Source: an uncultured Flavobacteriales bacterium (GTDB taxonomy: Bacteria > Bacteroidota > Bacteroidia > Flavobacteriales > Schleiferiaceae). From it: a stretch of 64,000 nt of DNA. Location: assembly GCA_905478295.1 (NCBI GenBank), contig CAJQHZ010000059.1, positions 182-64,181 on the forward strand, written 5' to 3'. The notes below the pieces were generated by a model that worked only from the letters and a program-made list of their open reading frames with translations, searched no databases and was not told the DNA's origin. Positions 21,153 to 29,535 of the stretch are shown piece by piece; the stretch's first letter is position 1, and each line of letters starts with the position of its first letter. The position numbers were made by a program, and so were the translations under genes.

Positions 21153-22310
21153 TTGCCCGTGGAACATCTCAGCCCTGTACCTGAAAGTGTTATCGATGCA
21201 CTTCCCGTTTTAGACGCCAATCAGTTGGGACGAAGCATTCGTCGCCATACTGAAATGGAGGGTCTACCCGACCTAGATGGCATTAAAGTAGCCATTGTTG
21301 GGGTTCAAGAAGATCGTAGAGCTTATCGCAATGTAGGTTGTGACGGTGCTGCCGATGCTATACGACCATTCCTATACCAGTTGTACAAAGGAAAATGGGA
21401 CTACGGTATAGCCGACTTGGGTAATCTTTACAAGGGCGAACGTCATACAGACACATTACTTTCACTCAAGGAAATCGCTCAAGAATTACTCCAGAGGCAG
21501 ATTATATTGATCACTATCGGCGGCTCCCAGGAACTTACCTACGCGAATTACCGCGGTTATGATTCGCTGGAACAAACCGTGAATATTGTCAGCGTTGATG
21601 CTCGACTTGACGTCGGCTCAGAAGGGCGCGATTTAGACCACCAGAGCTACGTTTCCCATCTCGTACTCCAAGAACCCCACAATCTCTATAACTTCACCAA
21701 CCTTGGCTACCAGACTTATTTTAACAGCCCGGAAGAAATTAGACTCATAGACAAACTTTTTTTCGAAGCAGTCCGACTAGGTCAAATACAAAATCAAATA
21801 GCACGTACAGAGCCCTTCTTGCGCGACGCCGACTTAGTCAGTATCGATATGAGCGCAGTGCGTCAAAGTTATAATCCAGGAACATTTTATACTTCGCCAC
21901 ATGGATTAAGCGGTGCGGATTTGTGTGCGATCACCCGTTATGCGGGCATGAGTGATCGACTAACCCAGTTGGGACTTTTTGAATACAATCCAAGGCTCGA
22001 TCGAAATGGTCAAAGCGCACACCTTTGTGCCCATGCCTTGTGGTATTTTTTCGAAGGTGTATCACTGCGCTTTGGTGATTATCCTATCGGCTCGCGTCTC
22101 AATTATGAAAAATACACGGTTTTGGTAGACGACGAGGATGAAGTTCACTTTCATAAAAGTCCTGCGAGCGGACGCTGGTGGATAGAAATTCCAAAAGGAG
22201 GGCCAGATTCCAACAGAAGTACTCTAGTGCCCTGTGATTATGAAGATTATACAGAAGCATTGAATGGAAAAATACCCTCGAGATGGTGGAAGGCGCAGCA
22301 AAAAGCGTGA
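21153..22310 (+). CDS. Arginase/formiminoglutamase-fold protein with degenerate metal-binding motifs
   Basis: 385 aa, with a TTG (or nearby GTG) start. By eye it is collinear with HutG-type motifs: VAIVG..D.....G..GA..A...IRP, GGSQE (canonical GGGHE/GGDHS), VDARLD (canonical DAH.D), SIDMS (canonical S.D.D) and FEYNP..D. Confidence 0.7.
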   Translation: MPVEHLSPVPESVIDALPVLDANQLGRSIRRHTEMEGLPDLDGIKVAIVGVQEDRRAYRNVGCDGAADAIRPFLYQLYKGKWDYGIADLGNLYKGERHTDTLLSLKEIAQELLQRQIILITIGGSQELTYANYRGYDSLEQTVNIVSVDARLDVGSEGRDLDHQSYVSHLVLQEPHNLYNFTNLGYQTYFNSPEEIRLIDKLFFEAVRLGQIQNQIARTEPFLRDADLVSIDMSAVRQSYNPGTFYTSPHGLSGADLCAITRYAGMSDRLTQLGLFEYNPRLDRNGQSAHLCAHALWYFFEGVSLRFGDYPIGSRLNYEKYTVLVDDEDEVHFHKSPASGRWWIEIPKGGPDSNRSTLVPCDYEDYTEALNGKIPSRWWKAQQKA

Positions 22311-22373
22311 TAACTAACCGATAAATGTGTCGTTCGCAAAGGAATTTTTCTATCTTTAGCGGCAACTGAAAAT

Positions 22374-23330
22374 ATGTTTGCGCAAAACCACATGAAAAAA
22401 ACCCGTATCGCCCTGTTTGCAATACTCTGCACCTCAGCCCTTTGGGCTCAGCAAGATGTGCAGTTCACGCAGTTTGCAAACAATAAAATCTTCTACAATC
22501 CAGGCGTTACTGGAGCAGGAGACGCCATTTGTCTTTCCGCAGCACACCGTTCGCAGTGGGTGGGATTCGACAATGCGCCGACCACACAGAACTTTTCTTC
22601 GAATATCCCGTTGAATATTCTGCATGGAGGACTAGCTCTGAATTTTACGAACGATATGATTGGTTATTTCCAGGACATTACTGTTGGCGTAGGTTACGGT
22701 TACCAAATGGACCTTGCGGGAGGTACACTCGGTTTAGGGCTTCGCGCTGACTTCAGAAATAAAAACGTTACATCAGGCGTTTGGGCACCGCCTCAAACCA
22801 TGAATGACCCGTCTTTAGTTGCTTTAGGCGGCACCTCGATGGCGACTGATTTATCTTTCGGCGCTTATTACCAGCAAGAAACTTGGTACGCAGGATTAAG
22901 CAGTACTCGTTTACTTGAGACTAAAGACATCTTAAATGCCACAGGAGGTAGTGCAAATGCACAAATCCGTGGACAACGTCATTATTACTTAATGGGAGGC
23001 TATAATCTTGACTTAGAAAACGGAATTGTACTTCAACCCGCGGTTATGGTGAAAACGGATTTAGTAACCACCCAGCTAGATATAAACGCAGCTGCAACTT
23101 ATAATAATCAGATTTGGGGAGGCGTTACCTATCGTGTATATGATGCATTAGCTATCATGGCCGGTTATCAAATCACCAAAGATTTACGTGCAACGTACTC
23201 TTATGATCTTACGACCTCTTCGCTTGCAAATTCGAGTAGTGGTTCGCATGAAATCATGATGAGTTACTGTTTTACAATAGAAATACCACCTAAAGAAAAA
23301 GGTAGTTACAGAAACCCTATATTTTTGTAA
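22374..23330 (+). CDS. porP: PorP/SprF-family T9SS outer-membrane protein (PorP position, first gene of the core operon)
   Basis: 318 aa. Signal peptide followed by AQQDVQFTQFANNKIFYNPGVTG....AHRSQWVGFDNAPTTQ, the PorP/SprF signature. Lies 20-47 nt upstream of gldK, depending on which gldK start is used. Confidence 0.8.
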   Translation: MFAQNHMKKTRIALFAILCTSALWAQQDVQFTQFANNKIFYNPGVTGAGDAICLSAAHRSQWVGFDNAPTTQNFSSNIPLNILHGGLALNFTNDMIGYFQDITVGVGYGYQMDLAGGTLGLGLRADFRNKNVTSGVWAPPQTMNDPSLVALGGTSMATDLSFGAYYQQETWYAGLSSTRLLETKDILNATGGSANAQIRGQRHYYLMGGYNLDLENGIVLQPAVMVKTDLVTTQLDINAAATYNNQIWGGVTYRVYDALAIMAGYQITKDLRATYSYDLTTSSLANSSSGSHEIMMSYCFTIEIPPKEKGSYRNPIFL

Positions 23331-23377
23331 TATAGCGGCTTGCTTAAAAAATGAATAAAGTAGAAATACATAGATTT

Positions 23378-24793
23378 ATGAAAAAGTTCCTCTTAGGGAT
23401 GGCGTCTATAGCACTTCTAGCCTCTTGTGGCAGCAGTGATCATGGCGAATTGGTTGGTGTTCAAAACCGTCCTACCTGGTACCCTAGCGAGCCCTACGGT
23501 ATGGTGTACATTCCACAAGGATCATTCACTATGGGTAACCATGATGAAGATGTTCCTTACTCGTACACAGCCCCTGCGAAGGTGGTAAGCGTACCCCCAT
23601 TCTACATGGACCAAACTGAGGTTACGAATAACGAATACCGTCAATTCGTGCGTTGGGTGCGTGATTCCATAACTCGTACGCGTCTAGCTGAAGGTTTGGT
23701 AGAAGACTTTGAGTACACAGATTTAGCAGAAATGGAAGATCCGACGTTTTTCCAAGAGTATGTAGCATTGAACTATCCAGACAGCATGATGCGCCGTTTG
23801 GATTGGGACCCTTACCTCGAGTGGGATAAAGACCGCTACCCATCTGCAGAATACACGGAAGTGATTGAAAGTATGTACCTCGCTCCTGAAGAGCAATGGT
23901 TGGGTTACCGCCACATGGACACACGTCAATTGAACTACACCTATTTCTGGATCAACAAGCAGAAAGCAGCGAGCAAACTCAACCGTGTTGAATTTGACTA
24001 TAAAGATCAGGACGGTGATGGTGAATTGTTCGGATACCGTGACTACGTAAAAGATACCCAAGCGGAGAGCAATCGTGCTTCTTTCTTTGAGAAGGAAACC
24101 ATTAATGTTTACCCAGATACATTAGTATGGGTTCATGATTTCACATACAGCTTCAACGAGCCGATGCACGATAAATACTTCTGGCACCCTGCTTATGACG
24201 AATATCCCGTGGTAGGTGTTAGTTGGAGACAAGCACGTGCATTTGCCAACTGGAGAAGTAAATACCGCAGAGATTATCTCAAACGTGCGGGTGAGCTAAT
24301 GGAACACGACTTCCGTCTTCCGACAGAAGCAGAATGGGAGTATGCAGCCCGTGGCGGTGAAGAACTAACTACTTTCCCTTGGGGTGGTCCTTATGCGACG
24401 AACAGCGCAGGTTGTTACCTTGCTAACTTTAAACCACGTCGTGGTAATTTAACAGCAGATGGTGGTTTCTACCCTGTAAAAACTACAGCATACTCTCCTA
24501 ACGGATACAACCTGTATTGCATGTCCGGAAACGTGAGCGAATGGACTTCAACTGCTTTTGACGTTCAGTCCTTCGCTTTTGCGAGCGATGTAGCACCTGA
24601 GTTACAATACAATGCATTCGAGGATGAAACTGAAACGATGAAACGCAAAGTGATTCGCGGCGGTTCTTGGAAAGATGTTGCGTACTTCATGCAGCTGGGT
24701 GCAAGAGATTATGAATACCAGGATACTGCAAAAAGCTATGTTGGTTTTCGTACCGTACAAAGTTTTATCGGTCGCGACCTTAAAGATTTTTAA
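23378..24793 (+). CDS. gldK: Gliding motility / T9SS lipoprotein GldK (PorK)
   Basis: Lipoprotein signal MKKFLLGMASIALLASCGS (the ORF also opens at 23351). FGE-sulfatase/SUMF1-like domain (...FRLPTEAEWEYAARGG...VIRGGSWKD...). Sits in the gldKLMN order. Confidence 0.9.
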   Translation: MKKFLLGMASIALLASCGSSDHGELVGVQNRPTWYPSEPYGMVYIPQGSFTMGNHDEDVPYSYTAPAKVVSVPPFYMDQTEVTNNEYRQFVRWVRDSITRTRLAEGLVEDFEYTDLAEMEDPTFFQEYVALNYPDSMMRRLDWDPYLEWDKDRYPSAEYTEVIESMYLAPEEQWLGYRHMDTRQLNYTYFWINKQKAASKLNRVEFDYKDQDGDGELFGYRDYVKDTQAESNRASFFEKETINVYPDTLVWVHDFTYSFNEPMHDKYFWHPAYDEYPVVGVSWRQARAFANWRSKYRRDYLKRAGELMEHDFRLPTEAEWEYAARGGEELTTFPWGGPYATNSAGCYLANFKPRRGNLTADGGFYPVKTTAYSPNGYNLYCMSGNVSEWTSTAFDVQSFAFASDVAPELQYNAFEDETETMKRKVIRGGSWKDVAYFMQLGARDYEYQDTAKSYVGFRTVQSFIGRDLKDF

Positions 24794-24835
24794 AATAACC
24801 CTATCACTAAATACCACAACTATAACTATTGAATT

Positions 24836-25474
24836 ATGGCACTAATTGATGTAAACGGTAAGAGATTTAAGAATTTTATGGCAAAATTGTACGGTATTGG
24901 TGCAGCTGTCGTAATTCTCGGAGCCCTATTTAAAATTATGCACTGGGAAGGTGCTAATTACATGCTTGTTCTTGGTCTTGGAACAGAAGCAGTGATTTTC
25001 TTTTTCTCGGCCTTTGAGAAGCCAGCCACTGAATACGATTGGTCATTAGTCTATCCTGAACTAGCTACTAACAATGGTGCTGAGCGTTCGTTGAGCGTTG
25101 TAGATCAATTGGATAATGCGTTACAAGACGGCGGTATCGATTCTGCGTTGATAGAACGTCTAGGCGAAGGCATGCGTTCCTTGAGCGAGACGGCAGGCTC
25201 ATTATCCGGTACTGTTGACGCCGCTGGTGCAACAGCAGCGTACAGCGAGCAACTGAACAGTGCTGCTAGTAATATGGAAAATCTTAATGCGCTGTATGCG
25301 GTTCAACTCGAGAACGCAACTGCGCAGGTAGAACGTCAAAACGATGTTATGGAAAAATTGAGCGGCGCTTCTACAAACGCAGAAGGTCTTGCATCGCAAC
25401 TCCAAAACTTGCAAGGCAACCTTGAGTCACTTAACAGTGTCTACGGTGGAATGCTTACGGCTATGGGGAAATAA
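24836..25474 (+). CDS. gldL: Gliding motility / T9SS motor protein GldL (PorL)
   Basis: 212 aa. Two N-terminal TM helices (...LYGIGAAVVILGALFKIMHWEGANYMLVLGLGTEAVIFFFSAFE) and a coiled cytoplasmic tail. Confidence 0.9.
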   Translation: MALIDVNGKRFKNFMAKLYGIGAAVVILGALFKIMHWEGANYMLVLGLGTEAVIFFFSAFEKPATEYDWSLVYPELATNNGAERSLSVVDQLDNALQDGGIDSALIERLGEGMRSLSETAGSLSGTVDAAGATAAYSEQLNSAASNMENLNALYAVQLENATAQVERQNDVMEKLSGASTNAEGLASQLQNLQGNLESLNSVYGGMLTAMGK

Positions 25475-25526
25475 TTGGGTAACGAATAACTATCCTAGTT
25501 AACTAACCCTAAACAAACGGAATAAC

Positions 25527-27047
25527 ATGGCAGGAGGAAATTTATCACCACGTCAGAAAATGATCAACATGATGTATCTCGTGTTGACTGCGCTTTTGGC
25601 CCTTAACGTTTCACGTGAGGTCATGGATGCGTTCTATGAGGTCATGATTGGTCAAGAAGCATCCATTGAAACTATAGAAGATCAGAACGCTTCTTTGTAC
25701 GCAGCTTTCAAAAGAGCAGCGGACGAAAACGAAGTTAAAGCAGGACCTTGGCGAGATAAGGCACTGGCAGTAAAAGCTAAGTCAGACAATCTTTATAATT
25801 CTATTGAAACTATGAAAGCTGAGCTCATAGAGCGCGGTGGTGGTGAAGATGAAGAGGTACCTGGTAAGCCTAAAAAAATGGATGACCGCGAAGCCGCAGC
25901 CAACTACTTTCTAGTGGAGCAGCGCGGGAGCGAATTGAAGGCTGCGATGGCGGATTTCAGAGACTACTTAGTTACTGAAGCTGATGAAAACGAATCATTG
26001 GTGTCTGCACTCAAGAATTCGTTTGACCTGAGCGACCGTATGGAAGATGGTGCTGCAGAGAGCTGGGAGGAATCTAAATTTGAGCAGTACCCCCTTATTT
26101 CTGTTATGACCTTCCTTACCAGTATGCAAAGCGATATTCGTACCGCTGAAGCGAACGTTATCGGTTTCTTACACGAAAACATTGATGCTTCGGATATCAA
26201 AGTTACCGGTGTACGCGCCGTAGTCATGCCTAAGTCGAAATTCGTTACTCAAGGTGATGAATATGAAGCGGAAATTTTCCTTGCCGCTTTTGATGATACA
26301 AAAGATCCAGAATTCTTGATCAACGGTGAAGCACTGGATCCTGAGAGCGTTAGCGGTGGTGTTGCAACGATAAAATTCCCCGCCACCCGCACGGGAACCA
26401 TCGAGTGGAACGGTAAAATATTGTTAGAGGCTAACGGCGAAACGAAGGAATATGAGATTTCAGAATCGTACAACGTTGCCCCTCCAAGTGTCGTTATCTC
26501 TCCAACCAAAATGAATGTTCTTTACCGTGGCGTAGATAACCCACTAGAAATTTCTGTTCCTGGCGTTGATCCGGCCAATATAGTAGTGAACGGTCGAGGT
26601 GTCAAAAAATCTGGTCAGAATTACACTGCTGATGTCACCAGAAACTCAGGTGGTACCATGCAGATATCCGTCGGTGTTCGTGACGCGGAGGGAAAAGTAA
26701 AGTCAATGGGGAAGAAAACATTTCGTGTTAAGAACCTTCCTGACGCTAACGGAACTATTCTAGGTTTTTCGGAGGGGGTAAGAAGTGGAAGCTTTATTAA
26801 AAACAATACGATAAATGCAGAATTTAAAGACTTTGATTTTGAGCTAGACCTCAAAGTTTTAAGCTTTGAAATTGTCATTCCTCCATATGCGCCAATACCA
26901 TGTAGAGGTAATAGACTTACAAGTGATGCTAAATCGGCACTAGATAAAGCTAAACCAGGTGTTTCAGTCGTTATAAGAAACATCAAGGCTACGACTGCCA
27001 AGGGTTTAAAACCCAGCGTCAATTCTATGATATTTGATTTGAACTAA
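25527..27047 (+). CDS. gldM: Gliding motility / T9SS protein GldM (PorM)
   Basis: 506 aa. The N-terminus LSPRQKMINMMYLVLTALLALNVS is the GldM TM signature, followed by a long periplasmic region. Confidence 0.9.
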   Translation: MAGGNLSPRQKMINMMYLVLTALLALNVSREVMDAFYEVMIGQEASIETIEDQNASLYAAFKRAADENEVKAGPWRDKALAVKAKSDNLYNSIETMKAELIERGGGEDEEVPGKPKKMDDREAAANYFLVEQRGSELKAAMADFRDYLVTEADENESLVSALKNSFDLSDRMEDGAAESWEESKFEQYPLISVMTFLTSMQSDIRTAEANVIGFLHENIDASDIKVTGVRAVVMPKSKFVTQGDEYEAEIFLAAFDDTKDPEFLINGEALDPESVSGGVATIKFPATRTGTIEWNGKILLEANGETKEYEISESYNVAPPSVVISPTKMNVLYRGVDNPLEISVPGVDPANIVVNGRGVKKSGQNYTADVTRNSGGTMQISVGVRDAEGKVKSMGKKTFRVKNLPDANGTILGFSEGVRSGSFIKNNTINAEFKDFDFELDLKVLSFEIVIPPYAPIPCRGNRLTSDAKSALDKAKPGVSVVIRNIKATTAKGLKPSVNSMIFDLN

Positions 27048-27049
27048 TT

Positions 27050-27895
27050 ATGACAAATTTCAAACTCTTTTTGTGCGCGCTCAGCTTCTTTGCCTTTTCA
27101 GGAGGAACTCTGCATGCGCAAGTACTTGATCCCTCAGACGATGGCATCATTCCAGAGGCGACTAAGCACTTCAGAAACAATCGCGTAGTTCCTTATCCTC
27201 ATTTGCGCCAAGACGACATGCTTTGGTCAGAGCGTCACTGGGAGAGGATAGATTTACGTGAAAAGATCAATCTTTCATTGTATTATCCCATAAAGCCAAT
27301 GCCGGATCGCAAAGCTTTGTGGAATGTGCTCTTAGATGGGATACTTGTTGAAAATACAATCACTGAAATATTCCGTGATGACCGCTTTGAACTTCCTTTA
27401 ACTGTTGAGGAAGTAAGAAAGCAAATCGAGCAGTATGATAGTATTCCGGATCCAAATGATCCGTTTGGGCCTCCTGCTTACATTGATACCATAACGATCA
27501 AAGCAAACAGTGTTATTGCTTACCATCTTAAAAGCGATTGGTATTTCGATAAACAACGAGGTGAGCTAAAGAATAGAATTATAGGAATTTCCCCAGAAGT
27601 AAGAGATCCTAGAAATCCTTCTTTGACATACAATCCATTTTGGATTTGGTTCCCCGACGCACGCTACGCTATGGCAACATCTGTGGCTTACAACGAAAAG
27701 AATAACAACCAGCGTCTGACCTTTGATCAAATTATGCATTTTCGTAAATTCAATGCTGTAATCACAAAAATGGATAACGTTTACGACCGGACCATTGCAG
27801 ATTACAAACGCAATAGTGCAATGAGTCAGCTACTTGAGGCTGCGGCTATTAAAGAGGATTTGAGAAATAAGGAGCACGACATGTGGACCTTCTAA
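27050..27895 (+). CDS. gldN: Gliding motility / T9SS protein GldN (PorN)
   Basis: 281 aa with a signal peptide. Lies 2 nt after gldM. Size and position are typical of GldN. Confidence 0.85.
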   Translation: MTNFKLFLCALSFFAFSGGTLHAQVLDPSDDGIIPEATKHFRNNRVVPYPHLRQDDMLWSERHWERIDLREKINLSLYYPIKPMPDRKALWNVLLDGILVENTITEIFRDDRFELPLTVEEVRKQIEQYDSIPDPNDPFGPPAYIDTITIKANSVIAYHLKSDWYFDKQRGELKNRIIGISPEVRDPRNPSLTYNPFWIWFPDARYAMATSVAYNEKNNNQRLTFDQIMHFRKFNAVITKMDNVYDRTIADYKRNSAMSQLLEAAAIKEDLRNKEHDMWTF

Positions 27896-27924
27896 TCGAA
27901 TCTAATTACAAGCAAAACACAGAA

Positions 27925-27959
27925 ACTCCTGCTACCTTTGTAGCGGGAGTTTTTATTTT
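27925..27959 (+). terminator. Intrinsic terminator closing the porP-gldKLMN operon
   Basis: 11-bp stem ACTCCTGCTAC/GTAGCGGGAGT (one G.U pair) with a 4-nt loop, followed by TTTTATTTT that runs up to the next ATG. Confidence 0.75.
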
Positions 27960-29009
27960 ATGAAATACGTAGATTATATCGTTGTTGGCGGAGGTATATC
28001 CGGCTCCGTATTGAGCTATACTTTAATGAAGTATGGCGCGAGCGTGCATGTGTTTGACTTACCTAAGGAGAATCAAAGTTCAGTAGTCGCATCAGGCCTC
28101 TGGAACCCTGTCGTTTTAAAACGCATGAAGAAAGTTTGGAAGGCCGATGAAATGATGGAAACGCTTCAAAGAGTGTATCCAGCAATGGAAAATTGGACGG
28201 GGAAGAAATTTTACCACCCCCTGCCTATTCGAAGAGTCTTCCATAGTGCTGGTGAGCAAAATCAATGGATAGCGCATTCAGATCATCCCTCCTTCTCCCC
28301 TTACCTAAACGAAAGTATTTCGAGCCTTCCAGAACACATTATTGCCGCGCATGGCTCGGGAATAATGAAACAGACCGGGCGGATTAAGGTCAAGGCCATG
28401 CTGGCAGCCGTTAGAGCAACCTTAAAAGCCAGTGGCAACTTCACTGAAGAGAAGTTTAACTGGAGCCAACTAGAATCGCATGGGGATGGCGTTAAGTACG
28501 GTTCGCTCGGTGCACACGCTGTTATCTCCTGCGAAGGCGCGCAGACCGCTTTACGTGAAAGTAAATTGGAGGTTACTGGCTTTGCGCCCGTTAAAGGGGA
28601 AGTCATCACCGTTAAATTGGAAAAAGATTTAGGTAAGGAGTGCATTCATCAAGGTCACTTTATGATCGGCGAAGGAAACCATGAAGCGCTTGTCGGTGCC
28701 ACCTATGCGTGGGAAGGATTCCGTGATGGTCCCAGCTCAATAAAACGAGCTGAACTTGAGGAACATGTTCGGAAGGTTTGGGATGGATCCTTTGAAACTC
28801 TTACGCACAAGGCCGGTGTGCGTCCCGCTGTTAAAGATCGTAAACCGCTGATCGGGCCACATCCAAAAGAGAAAAACGTTTGGATTTTTAATGGAATGGG
28901 TAGTCGAGCCATATTAATGACGCCCTATTTAGCCGAGAATCTTGCAGAACATTTCATGTACGGTACACCTTTGCTCGAAGAATGTCAACCACAGCGAATG
29001 GTAAAGTAA
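27960..29009 (+). CDS. FAD-dependent oxidoreductase (DAO family)
   Basis: 349 aa. N-terminal Rossmann motif DYIVVGGGISGS. Confidence 0.8.
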   Translation: MKYVDYIVVGGGISGSVLSYTLMKYGASVHVFDLPKENQSSVVASGLWNPVVLKRMKKVWKADEMMETLQRVYPAMENWTGKKFYHPLPIRRVFHSAGEQNQWIAHSDHPSFSPYLNESISSLPEHIIAAHGSGIMKQTGRIKVKAMLAAVRATLKASGNFTEEKFNWSQLESHGDGVKYGSLGAHAVISCEGAQTALRESKLEVTGFAPVKGEVITVKLEKDLGKECIHQGHFMIGEGNHEALVGATYAWEGFRDGPSSIKRAELEEHVRKVWDGSFETLTHKAGVRPAVKDRKPLIGPHPKEKNVWIFNGMGSRAILMTPYLAENLAEHFMYGTPLLEECQPQRMVK

Positions 29010-29059
29010 TGACCAATCCCAATCGGGACCGCTTGACTTAGCGGTAGCTCCATCTAGCG

Positions 29060-29467
29060 CTATTTACCTTCTTCATGAGTCTTTTCCCAATTTTTAATGG
29101 CCGCTTGATCATAGTGAACAAACAGTGAGAGCCAGGTAGTACGGGCAATTCGAAAGAGCAACGGACCAAGGAGTACGAGGAGAACACCCAACGCCGTAAT
29201 GGTGGGCCACATACTCCAATCCATCCAAATACCGAAAATAATGTACACCGCGGCGAATAAGGCTACAGTGTACCCGTAACTGACGTACATAGCTCCATAA
29301 TAGAAGTTAGGCTCAGGCTCAAAATTTTGATTACAAGCACTACATCGTTTATTGATTTCTGCAAAGCGTTTAAGGTTATAGGGGTTCTTATTTGGATAAA
29401 TATTCCCTTCCATACAGTGCGGACACTTGGATTGTGTGATGGCGTAGAGTTTGGTTCCTTTTAACAT
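29060..29467 (-). CDS. DUF983-like membrane protein with an N-terminal 4-Cys zinc ribbon
   Basis: 135 aa. Has CPHC...CSAC, then FYYGAMYVSYG and two TM helices. Confidence 0.6.
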   Translation of the reverse strand: MLKGTKLYAITQSKCPHCMEGNIYPNKNPYNLKRFAEINKRCSACNQNFEPEPNFYYGAMYVSYGYTVALFAAVYIIFGIWMDWSMWPTITALGVLLVLLGPLLFRIARTTWLSLFVHYDQAAIKNWEKTHEEGK

Positions 29468-29522
29468 TTGGATTTATTCTGAAATGCAAGGTAAAATTAG
29501 GTGTTGTCGCGTAGTCATTTGA

Positions 29523-29530
29523 TACTTTTG
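29523..29530 (+). promoter_or_regulatory. Bacteroidota -7 promoter box (TAnnTTTG), 5 nt before the ABC-F start codon
   Basis: Exact TACTTTTG, then tcaca, then ATG at 29536. Confidence 0.35.
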
Positions 29531-29535
29531 TCACA

